A stretch of 64,000 nt of DNA, taken from a virus. How positions within the stretch are numbered: position 1 is the first letter of the stretch; each line of letters starts with the position of its first letter. The stretch lies in the IMG/VR virus record IMGVR_UViG_3300027969_000042, positions 1 through 64,000 of that record. One strand, 5' to 3'. Of this stretch, positions 11,022-21,169 are shown piece by piece. The position numbers were made by a program, and so were the translations under genes. Under the pieces are notes generated by a model, which did no database searches, was not told where the DNA came from, and saw nothing but the letters and a program-made list of their open reading frames with translations.

Positions 11022-14000
11022 ATGCCATTTATAGATACAAATTTAATTCAGTCCTGGACCACATCGACCATATCATCACAAATTGGTATTAATAGAAATT
11101 CCAATAATGTTGGTAATATAGTTTATATTGATAGTAGAGTTATAGATTCTGATTATCCAAATGGAGGATATACTTATACTCAGGGTAAAAACTACCAAAT
11201 AGTTACTGGTGTATCAAGTTCAAGTTCAACAATTGGTGCACAATTATCTATTAGATTTAATGCACCCTTTAAAGACTCTATTGCATCAGTTACAACAGAC
11301 GTGTCTAGTATTACACAACCAGGTGTTGATTTTTATATTTATGCTACTCCTTTATCTACATTGAAATCAAAATCAATAGTTAGATATGGTGCGAATGATT
11401 CTTTTACACAATCAATAATTACAAAATCTACATTAAATGAAATTGACTTTTTAATAAATGGTTATAGAGAGTTTAGTTACTTAGATAGATCAATTGATGA
11501 TAGTACTCAACCAAGTGGATGGTATTTTGGCAATAGCTTAAATCCGTTTTCATATAATTGGATTTATAATTCTACTAGTATAGCACCAACATACTCTATA
11601 TTTGGTTCTGGTTTAGATATAATAGTTACTAAAAATTTTATTGCAAAACCGATAGAGTATGATACTTTTAGTTTAGAAATGAAATATACATCTGTTACAT
11701 TTAGTAACACAACTGACGGAATGAGTGTTTATATAGTTAGAAATGATTTACTAAAAACACCAATTTCTTGGGGTCCATCTATTGTAGATTTTACATCTTC
11801 AACAATATTTGCAACTACTAGTTTAATAGGTACAAATGCAAATGGCTCTAAAAACTATTTAGTTATCTCGGCATCACAAAGTGGTAATTATGCAGCAAGT
11901 TTGGATAATATTAATATCGTTGGAGCTTATCATCCTAAAAATAACTTATTACAACTAACTAGTGATGGTAGTGGAAGTTATTCTGGTACTACACCAATAA
12001 TAGTTGATATTCTTGAAGCAACTTATTCACATATACTACTTCAAAACGGAACTCCTTATACACTAACATCTAGAATTGGTAATGGTTTATTTAGATCCGG
12101 TATTTGGGAGAATGGTGTTTGGAATAGTGGTTGGAGAGATGATGAAGAGGCAAGAGACTTTGATGATGTTGCATTTTCAGTTTTAACGGAATCTGATATT
12201 TCATGGAAAATTGAAATTAGAGGTTCTACATACTCAATTGCAAACTTTGCAACTGGGTCTGCAGTATCAATCGGTAATATTATTGCAATAGATATAAACG
12301 ATAATAGAAAACTTTTAAAAGATTATTATAAGATAGAAAACTTAGGTATCGCATATAATTATTCTGTAACTGGGGAAACACAATCTGCTTATGGATGGAT
12401 GAGAGTAAATCTAGATACAACTTTTCCTTATAGAAGGATTGAGAAGGATTCTCAAAATCATAAGATAAAGGTAACTAAAAATATTTGGCTATCTGGTGGT
12501 TTCTTTAATGGTTATTTCTCTGGTGTTTGGAATAATGGATTATTCAAAGGATTCCCTCGTATCACAGAGATGTTTAATACACACTGGATTGACGGATTCT
12601 TTAATGGTGGTCATTTCAATTCTAATTATTCAGATACATATGATTTTACTGGATTTGATGCACGTCAAGCTTGTACTAATGGTTATATAAATTTAACATT
12701 TGGTGCTGTGCCAGGACATCCTGATGGACAATATACATCACTTTTACCAGGTGATTATATTTTAATTACTTTTGGAAGTAATATAGTTGATAGTGGTGGT
12801 TATGCCGGTGTTGCATTAGTTATTGCAGTAGATCATCAAATAAGTCCAACAACCGGTGCAATGATTGATGTTGTTACAATTGATAAAGTATTTAATGGAA
12901 GACCAATTACTGTTCCTCCAAATACTACAACACTGGGTTCTGTAATAAGATATACTGCAACTGGTTTAATACAAAATTTTAAATTCTATGATAATAATAG
13001 ATCTAAGATAAAGTCTATTGATAATCCATTATCTACTGCAGTATTTAGCTTTAATTCTTGGATTGATGTAAACTATGATTCTACTAGATCAGTTACTTTA
13101 GGTAGAGAATTTAGAATGTATGAACCACTTACTAAAAAATCTATAAATAGAAATAACCTATATGGATATCCAACCTATGATGTTTTGGCATCTTTATCAC
13201 GTTTTAGAGATAGTAATACTTTAGATTATAAACTATATAAATTAGGTACTAAATATAAGGTATTTACTGATTTTATTGGATCGGGTTCCGAATTTAATGA
13301 ACCATTTAATGAGCTAGATTTTAGTAACTTTATAAATGTGGGTTGGACTTCATCATATAATAATATAAATAACTTTTCTTTAAAAAGAACCGAAAATATA
13401 ATATCATTAAACAATCAATTATCTACCGACTTTTTAAACTCCGGGGTAACTGGTGATGAGTTATATGTAAATGCAAGTAATACAGGATTGATATTAAATA
13501 ATAATAATATAAATATTTCAAAATCTAGATATTCTATTGTAGAATTTGATGTTATAACCTATAGTGTTGCAAGTACAAACTTTACTTATAAAAACCCTAA
13601 TATTTATTTAGTAAAGAGTATTGATAGTACTGGACCATTTATAGAGACAATTTCTGTTGGACCTTCGGCATCATTAAATAATACTATACTAAGTAGTTAT
13701 TCACTTGGTATGAGTCCACCAGGTCCTCCAGGTATACAAGTAGATGATATTTTAGTTACGATTAATTTATATGGTGATGTTACTAGTACAATTATTAATT
13801 TACAAGCACCTAATGGTTCAATTATAAATGTTAAAAGAAATGGAAGTGGATTAGGTACAGAATTATCAAATACTAAGTTTAGTTTAAGAGATATATATAC
13901 TAAAATTTCATTAGGTACAACACCTTATATTGATACATATTTGATGGATAAGCAATTGAATCAAGGTGATGAATCATTTCAGCCACCGGTTGGACCAGTG

Positions 14001-15665
14001 GTTCCTTCTTATGTATCAGATGTTACTACATTATCACAACTAACAAGTGCAATCTATGGTGTTTGGAGATTATACATTAAATATAATCCACTTGGAGTTG
14101 TTCCTTGTGATTTAATAAATTGGTCAATAAGTATTCAGTATAAAGATTTGGTTAGTATAGATACAGAACCAATTTCAACATTACCAATATTAAATCTTTC
14201 TAATCTTAATTATGATATTACTACACAATTATCTGGTTATGATAATGTACAGATTTATAAAAAGATGAATTATCTTCCTATAAGAGAAAATGTTAATCAT
14301 TTAAAAGTAAAAAATACATTTAGATTAGATTCTATTGAAGAAGCTACACCTGCTAAGTGGGGTGGTTATGGAAAAAATCAAACAACAAAAAAGTATGAAT
14401 ATTTCTATAATAAAACTGATATGATGTTAAGTATCAATGGTAATGGTGCAACTGGTGCTAGTACGTCAATGTTAGTATTAGATAATCTTAATATGTATGA
14501 AGTAGATATGATTCCATTTTTTAAATATTTTGATGAAGATAATATCTACAAAGGAATACAAATTCCATATATTGGAGAAGCTCCAGATATTGATTACTTA
14601 AACTCTGACTTTGTATTTGTTGATAATATTACAGTTGGTGTTGATGCAATTGATGCAAACGGAAATAACTCTCTTGCAACAGATTGTCAAACAGCCGTAG
14701 TAATTAGTAATATACCAACAACAATACCTTCATTTGCAGTAGTTACAAATACAAGTCCAACTGCAACAGATTCACGATTATTTACGATTACTAAGAATGA
14801 CAATGATACTACTCCTTTACAATTAAATGCTTATATTGTGGCATCTAATATTAGTAATATACCAGCATCAGTTAGTTGGACAACAGTAACATCAACTGGT
14901 CCTACAATAACTATTATTTCAGGTAATACTTTAACTCCTACTGTTCAGGGATTTGGATCAGGTAACTATCGTTTAAGAGTTACTGCAGTATCTGCTACTT
15001 CAAGTAATTTATTATCACCAATAACAGATTATGCGTACATTAATATCAATGTTACTATACCAGTTGCAACGGTTCCTACTATACTAGTTGGTAATCCATC
15101 TAAGCTTAAAGGTGTTACTTATAGTGTAAATGATATTATTCCACAATTAGGTAAAAATATTTTATCTGGTGACTTACTAACTGGATATAGTAGCACTGCT
15201 GGTTCTGCAAATACTATAAAGATTCTATCAGTACCAACAGTTGGTAAACTAATTTATAACAATGTTACTGACTTAGTAGTAAATAGTGTGGTTACTGTCT
15301 CTGATATAACTAATTATAAAATGTATTACTTCCCTTGGGGTAATCCACAAGACAATGACTATGGAGAAGGTTCTGGATCATTGGCAGATATTACTACAGA
15401 GGGTTCTTCTTATACCACAACATTTACGTATGTAATTATTGATAATGTGGGTAATCAATCTCAAGTTATTACTATGTCACTAGTATGTACTAAAGGTGCC
15501 GTTTCTGTAACAACAATTGGAAATACTACTGGACCTTCACCTACACCTGGAAATGGATCTACTGGACCTACACCTGGTCAAGATTTTGAACAAGAGGACC
15601 CACAATATGAACCAGGTGAAGAACAAGGATCACAAGAAGGACAGGAACAAGATGGTTGGTGTTAA
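11022..15665 (+). CDS. Giant virion structural protein with GxW/F repeats, P-domain-like, PKD/Ig-like modules
   Basis: 1547 aa; GIWENGVWNSGW; DDILVTIN...LQAPNG...GVWRLYI...NWSISI (proprotein-convertase P-domain-like); GNYRLRVTA; TTFTYVIIDNVG. Confidence 0.65.
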   Translation: MPFIDTNLIQSWTTSTISSQIGINRNSNNVGNIVYIDSRVIDSDYPNGGYTYTQGKNYQIVTGVSSSSSTIGAQLSIRFNAPFKDSIASVTTDVSSITQPGVDFYIYATPLSTLKSKSIVRYGANDSFTQSIITKSTLNEIDFLINGYREFSYLDRSIDDSTQPSGWYFGNSLNPFSYNWIYNSTSIAPTYSIFGSGLDIIVTKNFIAKPIEYDTFSLEMKYTSVTFSNTTDGMSVYIVRNDLLKTPISWGPSIVDFTSSTIFATTSLIGTNANGSKNYLVISASQSGNYAASLDNINIVGAYHPKNNLLQLTSDGSGSYSGTTPIIVDILEATYSHILLQNGTPYTLTSRIGNGLFRSGIWENGVWNSGWRDDEEARDFDDVAFSVLTESDISWKIEIRGSTYSIANFATGSAVSIGNIIAIDINDNRKLLKDYYKIENLGIAYNYSVTGETQSAYGWMRVNLDTTFPYRRIEKDSQNHKIKVTKNIWLSGGFFNGYFSGVWNNGLFKGFPRITEMFNTHWIDGFFNGGHFNSNYSDTYDFTGFDARQACTNGYINLTFGAVPGHPDGQYTSLLPGDYILITFGSNIVDSGGYAGVALVIAVDHQISPTTGAMIDVVTIDKVFNGRPITVPPNTTTLGSVIRYTATGLIQNFKFYDNNRSKIKSIDNPLSTAVFSFNSWIDVNYDSTRSVTLGREFRMYEPLTKKSINRNNLYGYPTYDVLASLSRFRDSNTLDYKLYKLGTKYKVFTDFIGSGSEFNEPFNELDFSNFINVGWTSSYNNINNFSLKRTENIISLNNQLSTDFLNSGVTGDELYVNASNTGLILNNNNINISKSRYSIVEFDVITYSVASTNFTYKNPNIYLVKSIDSTGPFIETISVGPSASLNNTILSSYSLGMSPPGPPGIQVDDILVTINLYGDVTSTIINLQAPNGSIINVKRNGSGLGTELSNTKFSLRDIYTKISLGTTPYIDTYLMDKQLNQGDESFQPPVGPVVPSYVSDVTTLSQLTSAIYGVWRLYIKYNPLGVVPCDLINWSISIQYKDLVSIDTEPISTLPILNLSNLNYDITTQLSGYDNVQIYKKMNYLPIRENVNHLKVKNTFRLDSIEEATPAKWGGYGKNQTTKKYEYFYNKTDMMLSINGNGATGASTSMLVLDNLNMYEVDMIPFFKYFDEDNIYKGIQIPYIGEAPDIDYLNSDFVFVDNITVGVDAIDANGNNSLATDCQTAVVISNIPTTIPSFAVVTNTSPTATDSRLFTITKNDNDTTPLQLNAYIVASNISNIPASVSWTTVTSTGPTITIISGNTLTPTVQGFGSGNYRLRVTAVSATSSNLLSPITDYAYININVTIPVATVPTILVGNPSKLKGVTYSVNDIIPQLGKNILSGDLLTGYSSTAGSANTIKILSVPTVGKLIYNNVTDLVVNSVVTVSDITNYKMYYFPWGNPQDNDYGEGSGSLADITTEGSSYTTTFTYVIIDNVGNQSQVITMSLVCTKGAVSVTTIGNTTGPSPTPGNGSTGPTPGQDFEQEDPQYEPGEEQGSQEGQEQDGWC

Positions 15666-15695
15666 AAAATCTAGGTAATCACAAATTACAATAAT

Positions 15696-16217
15696 ATGAA
15701 TTTAAAATATGGTAAAATAGAAATAAATAATGTGGTTTGGTCTTCACCAAATATAGTATCATTTTTTAGTTGGAGAGATGACTTCTTTAAAATACCTAAT
15801 TCCGAAAAGTTTGATGTTTATTTAACAGGAAGTTTTTTGGATAAACTACTTGATAATGTTGGTAATCCTAATGATATTGATATTATTTTAGCGGGAAATC
15901 ATAATATACAGGATATTGAAAATGTGATTTATCAAGGTACAAAAATAGGTATAGAAAAGTATGGTATATTCTTTGATATTCATTGGGATAATAAAGTAAT
16001 TTATAACCCATATACTGATGAAGAAACTAAAAATGATAATATATATATGCTCGGAGATAAATGGATAGTCGATGGTGAAATTAAGAAGCAGTATAAACCG
16101 GCAGTAAAGATAGCAGATAGTTTATATAAAATTACATGGGGTCTCTCTAATAAAAAACATATAGATAAAATGAAAAGTGGTTATATTTATAAAGCACCAC
16201 TTTTAATTAACTACTAA
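15696..16217 (+). CDS. Pol-beta-superfamily nucleotidyltransferase-like protein, paralog 1
   Basis: YLTGSF...PNDIDIIL (GS plus DxD). Confidence 0.6.
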   Translation: MNLKYGKIEINNVVWSSPNIVSFFSWRDDFFKIPNSEKFDVYLTGSFLDKLLDNVGNPNDIDIILAGNHNIQDIENVIYQGTKIGIEKYGIFFDIHWDNKVIYNPYTDEETKNDNIYMLGDKWIVDGEIKKQYKPAVKIADSLYKITWGLSNKKHIDKMKSGYIYKAPLLINY

Positions 16218-16235
16218 AAATATATACAGTGTAAC

Positions 16236-16808
16236 TTGAATATAAAATATGGTAAAATAGATATAGATCTAGATAATTTGTTTATTCCGGATGTAGTATC
16301 ATTTTTTAGTTGGAGAGATGACTTCTTTAAAATACCTAATTCCGAAAAGTTTGATGTTTATTTACATGGTAGTTTTTTACATAAACTACTTGATAATGTT
16401 GGTAATCCTAATGATATTGATATTATTTTAGCGGGAAATCATAATATAGAGGACATTGAAAATGTAATTTACCAAGGTATAAAAATAGGTATAGAAAAGT
16501 ATGGTATATTCATTGATATTCGTTGGGATGATAATATAAACTATCTTTCTCCCGAATTAGCAAGTATTTGTGGATTTGATACATCTAAATCACTTGAAAA
16601 TTCTTCAAATTCTGTAAACGATTATGAATTCTATGTACATGGTGATAAGTTGATAATTGATGGTAAGACTAGAACAAGCTATAAATCTTCAATAAAGTTA
16701 GCAGATAGTTTATACAAAGTTACCTATACTGGAAAAGTAAGTAAAAAACACACATCTAAAGCGAAAAGTGGTTATACTTATAAAGAACCACTTTTAATTA
16801 ACTACTAA
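16236..16808 (+). CDS. Nucleotidyltransferase-like protein, paralog 2 (TTG start)
   Basis: YLHGSF...PNDIDIIL; N-terminal DNA nearly identical to 15696..16217. Confidence 0.6.
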   Translation: MNIKYGKIDIDLDNLFIPDVVSFFSWRDDFFKIPNSEKFDVYLHGSFLHKLLDNVGNPNDIDIILAGNHNIEDIENVIYQGIKIGIEKYGIFIDIRWDDNINYLSPELASICGFDTSKSLENSSNSVNDYEFYVHGDKLIIDGKTRTSYKSSIKLADSLYKVTYTGKVSKKHTSKAKSGYTYKEPLLINY

Positions 16809-17505
16809 TAATTAGTAAATATCCTACTTTACCAGGTTCAGTTTTAGAACAATGTCCCATTGCATCAATCTTTGTTTCTTCACCAGTTAGTTTTATCTTA
16901 GTAAGTTTTTGTTTTCCTAAAATACGTCTTTCACCTTTACAAGTATTACAAGGGTTTAGACCTACTTTACCTTTACCAAAACAAAATGGACAATCTAGAT
17001 CTCTATATTTTCCTGTTCCTTCACACAAATCACAACCATCTTCTGAGTCAAATATTTTCATAATATTACCATCATTATCTTTGATAACAATTTTAGAAGA
17101 AAGATCTTTTCCAGTACCATCACAAGGTTTACAACGAACCCATCTTTCGTATTCTAGTGTACCATCAAAGGTGTCATCAACTTTAATATGAATATTATAA
17201 ACTTCATTCTTTTTAAACTTTTCATATTTATCCTTAGTATCATCATATGAGTAGTCAAAGTTTGTTTCAAAAAGTTCAAAGTATTCGTTATAACAATTTC
17301 CAAATTTACTTTTCTTATCATAGTCTTCTCTTTCATCACCACATAAAATATCATAGGCTTCGGTCATCTCACCAAAGATAATTGGATCTCCGCCTTTGTC
17401 TGGGTGGTTAGTAAAAGAAAGTTTATAGTAAGCTTTCTTAATTTCTTTTTCGGTTGATGTATTTGCCACACCAAGTAAGGAATAATAATTTTTATTTAAG
17501 TTCAT
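16798..17505 (-). CDS. dnaJ: DnaJ-like co-chaperone (J domain plus CxxCxGxG zinc finger, short C-terminus)
   Basis: NYYSLLGV...KKAYYKL...HPDKGG; CKPCDGTG, CDLCEGTG, CPFCFGKG, CNTCKGER. Confidence 0.9.
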   Translation of the reverse strand: MNLNKNYYSLLGVANTSTEKEIKKAYYKLSFTNHPDKGGDPIIFGEMTEAYDILCGDEREDYDKKSKFGNCYNEYFELFETNFDYSYDDTKDKYEKFKKNEVYNIHIKVDDTFDGTLEYERWVRCKPCDGTGKDLSSKIVIKDNDGNIMKIFDSEDGCDLCEGTGKYRDLDCPFCFGKGKVGLNPCNTCKGERRILGKQKLTKIKLTGEETKIDAMGHCSKTEPGKVGYLLIISS

Positions 17506-17707
17506 GTGCTATTATTAGTTCTGATATTTTTTCTTCTATAACCAAATATTCATAGTTTAAGACAATATCAGAAACATCTTCTGAAAATTCATCTTCAATT
17601 ATTAAACAATCTGTGTTCTCGATAAAAGAAATCAATTTCTTTAATCCTTGGCTCTGATAAACCGTTAAAATCTTTTCCTTACTTAAATAGCGCTTGTTAA
17701 ATCCCAT
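17492..17707 (-). CDS. Hypothetical protein
   Basis: 71-aa ORF overlapping the dnaJ start. Confidence 0.65.
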   Translation of the reverse strand: MGFNKRYLSKEKILTVYQSQGLKKLISFIENTDCLIIEDEFSEDVSDIVLNYEYLVIEEKISELIIAHELK

Positions 17708-17847
17708 ATTTTTATTAATTTATTTATTTTTCTTACTCTTAAAAACTTTCTATATTCTACCCAATTCATTCCTGTAGGAACAGGTTGTCCTTGTACACCT
17801 GTTACTCCAATTGGTCCTTGCACACCAAATGTTATATTATTATTCAT
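17683..17847 (-). CDS. Small ORF (54 aa) with collagen-like GxQG triplets and RVRKINKLI tag; not in the track
   Basis: Manual translation MNNNITFGVQGPIGVTGVQGQPVPTGMNWVEYRKFLRVRKINKLIKIWDLTSAI. Confidence 0.55.
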   Translation of the reverse strand: MNNNITFGVQGPIGVTGVQGQPVPTGMNWVEYRKFLRVRKINKLIKIWDLTSAI

Positions 17848-17855
17848 ACATTTGT

Positions 17856-19553
17856 TTAGTTATCATATTCTACCTCTTCAATAGAAGAAAATACTTCTTT
17901 ATTTATCTTAATAATTCTATCAAACATTTCTTGATTCAAAATTGCGTGATGAACAACAAATATATTGATGTTATAATCATTTGCAAACGATTTAAGAAGC
18001 AATAATATAGAATCTATACCTTCGATGTCAATTGATGAAAAAACCTCGTCCAAGAACAATATATTGATATGTTTCTTAGTTCTAATTAGTTTTAAATAAG
18101 CAATTAAGATGGCTATATTTACCTTTTTAGATTCTCCGGTACTTAATGAATCATGTTCAACAACAGAACCTAACGTTTTAATTTCTGAACTAAATGTCTC
18201 ATCTAATTTTACATCAAATGGTAATCCCATTTTCTTAATGTTTTCTGCAATAAAATGATTTATTGGTTTAATAATACCTGCTATAATTGATTTCTTAGCA
18301 CCATCTTCACTAAATACTCTTGTAAGTTCTTTATAGAATAATTCTTTCTCTTTGCAGATAGTTATATGATCTTGACTAACAGTTTTTTTAGAATCTAATT
18401 CACCAATAGTATTTTGGAATTCTTGTACATTTACTGATTCACCAGTTTCTTTTGATTTCTTTGTATTAAGAGCATCAATTTGAGACTTATAATTTCTAAG
18501 AAGATAGTTTAAATCATTAAATGAAGTTGTTGTACTATCTGCAATAGTTTTTAACTTTGTTTGTTTTGATTTAATTGAAGTGATATTATCATTTATTTCT
18601 GATAATACTGATTCAAAACTTTCTTTCTTTTCAACTAAAGTGGTTCTAAGACTAATAAAGTGATCTGAATTGAAATCTGTACTACAAGTAGGACATTTAC
18701 CAGAATCATAAAGACTTATTTCTCTTTGAACATTTCTAACTTCATTTTGAGTATTACTTAATTGTCTTTTTTCAATATCTAATTCGTCAGTAAGTATCTT
18801 TTCTTTTTCTTTAATCTTATCTACTTTTTCTTTAAGAAGTTTATAGTCTTCTTTTTTAGAATTCATTTCCTCAGTAAGAGTTTCAATTTCTTGTTGTATA
18901 TTCTCTTTTGCCTTCTCAATTGCTTTCTCAATAGATTTCTGTATTGAACCAATAGAATCTTCTAATGTTCTAATTTCAGAATCCAATGATGTCATTCTAA
19001 GTTTGTTATTCTTATTTATATCTTTAAGAATACCATTTAAGATATTGATCACTTCTAGATTAAATAATTTATCTAATAGTAATTGTTTCTCTTCATTTGT
19101 TAAAGAAATAAAGTTTTTAAAGTCATTGATAGACATTGAGATAAATGATTTGAATGTTTCTATATCTAAACCGATATACTTTTCAATTTTATCATCTATG
19201 TTTGCTTTACCTGCTCTTTCATTGGGAATACCGTTTTCAATCAATTCTAATACACCAGGAGAAATACCTCTTTTAATTTCTACATCTGTTCCGTTTGAAA
19301 TAAATTTTATACGATTTAATAGTTCACCGTTTATACGGTTTGGCAACGAAGAAAGTTTGTGCCATTTTTTTGCTTTACCAGATTTTACTTTTCCGTAAAT
19401 AGCATATTCAAAAGATTCAAGTAATGAAGATTTACCATTACCATTATTTCCTACAAGAAGAACCAATTCTCCTTTTTCTGTGTTTAATTTTAATACTTGT
19501 TCATTATTTCCAAAGGATTTATACCCTCTTATTCCTATTTCACTAATTAGCAT
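17856..19553 (-). CDS. T4 gp46/SbcC/Rad50-like recombination endonuclease ATPase subunit
   Basis: Walker A GNNGNGKSS, coiled coil, CPTC zinc hook, LSTGE signature, LFLDEV Walker B, VVHH. Confidence 0.92.
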   Translation of the reverse strand: MLISEIGIRGYKSFGNNEQVLKLNTEKGELVLLVGNNGNGKSSLLESFEYAIYGKVKSGKAKKWHKLSSLPNRINGELLNRIKFISNGTDVEIKRGISPGVLELIENGIPNERAGKANIDDKIEKYIGLDIETFKSFISMSINDFKNFISLTNEEKQLLLDKLFNLEVINILNGILKDINKNNKLRMTSLDSEIRTLEDSIGSIQKSIEKAIEKAKENIQQEIETLTEEMNSKKEDYKLLKEKVDKIKEKEKILTDELDIEKRQLSNTQNEVRNVQREISLYDSGKCPTCSTDFNSDHFISLRTTLVEKKESFESVLSEINDNITSIKSKQTKLKTIADSTTTSFNDLNYLLRNYKSQIDALNTKKSKETGESVNVQEFQNTIGELDSKKTVSQDHITICKEKELFYKELTRVFSEDGAKKSIIAGIIKPINHFIAENIKKMGLPFDVKLDETFSSEIKTLGSVVEHDSLSTGESKKVNIAILIAYLKLIRTKKHINILFLDEVFSSIDIEGIDSILLLLKSFANDYNINIFVVHHAILNQEMFDRIIKINKEVFSSIEEVEYDN

Positions 19554-19601
19554 TTAATATAATAATTTCTTATTTATATAGTAAATGCTTATATAAGTTG
19601 A

Positions 19602-19886
19602 TTATTCTTCATCAAAGAAGCCAGAAAAATCTATTTCATCCAGTCTTCCTAAAATTTCATCATAAGGAATAACTTTTTTCATTATATCTAGTACTAAGTT
19701 ATTATAACCAGACCATAACTCTACCTGACCTATAATTTGTTCTAAATCATCATCTATTGTTAGTGTTACAAAATTATCTTTATAATAAAAAGTGGTGTCA
19801 TAGTAGTTATCTTCATAATTTAATGAAATAAGTACTAAAACACCATCTTCAAATTTTCCTAAATATTCAATTATATCAAAGGTCAT
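19602..19886 (-). CDS. Hypothetical acidic protein
   Basis: 94-aa ORF in a coupled gene run. Confidence 0.65.
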   Translation of the reverse strand: MTFDIIEYLGKFEDGVLVLISLNYEDNYYDTTFYYKDNFVTLTIDDDLEQIIGQVELWSGYNNLVLDIMKKVIPYDEILGRLDEIDFSGFFDEE

Positions 19887-20110
19887 TATCCTAATATAGT
19901 TTCAATTTTTTCTTCTCTTTCTTCTTGAGTTATATTTTTCAAGTAACCACCTCTAACTAAGGTATTCATAATACATTGTGCTTGTTTTGTTCTACCATCA
20001 ACATATAAATTCATCATATCTCTGTAATAGTCATGTATATTTTTTCTCTCGTCTTCTGTGTTTAGATTTGATACTTTATCAAGGTCTAAATAGTAGTCTT
20101 CTAATTTCAT
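19886..20110 (-). CDS. Hypothetical protein with C-terminal REEKIETILG tag
   Basis: 74-aa ORF. Confidence 0.7.
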   Translation of the reverse strand: MKLEDYYLDLDKVSNLNTEDERKNIHDYYRDMMNLYVDGRTKQAQCIMNTLVRGGYLKNITQEEREEKIETILG

Positions 20111-20116
20111 ATTTAA

Positions 20117-20389
20117 TTATAATTTTTGTCCAACAACAAATTCAATTTTTTTGAATTTATCATCAGTATCGGTAAAAACGATTTGTATCTTATCCACATC
20201 AACAAATTCTTTTGCTTCTCCAGAAAATTCGTTTACCATTACGTCTTTTTTATAGATTACATCAATTCCAGGTTCTTCTCCTAAAAATCTACGCATATCT
20301 TCTTTAATTTGTGAGATTTTCCAATCATCATTTACAAAGTCAATTTTTGAAATATATTCTCTAATTGAAAATTCTTTAAGTGAACTCAT
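20117..20389 (-). CDS. Hypothetical protein
   Basis: 90-aa ORF. Confidence 0.7.
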   Translation of the reverse strand: MSSLKEFSIREYISKIDFVNDDWKISQIKEDMRRFLGEEPGIDVIYKKDVMVNEFSGEAKEFVDVDKIQIVFTDTDDKFKKIEFVVGQKL

Positions 20390-20422
20390 ACTTATATTTT
20401 ATTTTTTATATTTTATTTATTA

Positions 20423-20755
20423 CTAAAAGTTGGGTTTATCTAAGTAGTATGTATTGTGTTCAGTAATAAACTCAAAGTTATCGTGTAATGTCTGACAATA
20501 TCCATTAAATGAGTGAACATCTTCTTGTGTTAGTTTAAACCATTCACCTCTAACTCTTTTACTTCTAAAAATTCTATGAAGACTTGATTCTATTTTAGTT
20601 CCCCATTTTGATGTAAATGAGTCAACTAAATAAAGATCTGCTGCATTACCAGTCTTAAACTCTTTCAGACGTTTTTCAATCTTTCTTTTAGTAAAACCTA
20701 TTTTATGTAGTTTTTCACCTTCTATATCCGCACAAATTAAATAAATGTTTGTCAT
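20423..20755 (-). CDS. GIY-YIG-related T5orf172/MUG113-like nuclease domain protein
   Basis: IYLI...HKIGFT...KRLKEFKTGN...ESSLHRIF...RGEWF. Confidence 0.8.
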   Translation of the reverse strand: MTNIYLICADIEGEKLHKIGFTKRKIEKRLKEFKTGNAADLYLVDSFTSKWGTKIESSLHRIFRSKRVRGEWFKLTQEDVHSFNGYCQTLHDNFEFITEHNTYYLDKPNF

Positions 20756-20766
20756 AGAAGTATATA

Positions 20767-21169
20767 TTACTTCTTCTTGACTCTCTTTTTTTCTTTTTTT
20801 ATGGATTTAACAACTGGTTTTTTATAGACTTCAACTAAAGTATCACCATAGTTGACTTTTTCATAGTAATATCTAATAGATACCAAATTATGTCTTCTAT
20901 CTATTTCTAATCTACCAAAAACTTTAGCACCTTTGATGTTTACGATATAAGGACCATTTTTTAATAACCTACCTTTTTAATATACTATCACAAACCTCTC
21001 TTCTTATAAGAGGTCTGGATTTATAATTAGAATAAACAACCATTGTATCTGAACTTCTAACACTACTTATTGATTCCATTCCATCATATCCATAGGTATA
21101 GTATTGTACCTTTTGTTGTGAATAAACAAAAGTGGTTAGAAATAGAAATATGATTTTTATTATTTTCAT
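20767..21169 (-). pseudogene. Signal-peptide-bearing protein split by a +1 frameshift in an A5 run (20974-20978)
   Basis: 66-aa ORF MKIIKIIFLFLTTFVYSQ... stops at AAA AGG TAG; removing one A continues it through 70 more codons (GRLLKNGPY...KKEKKRVKKK*). Confidence 0.6.
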
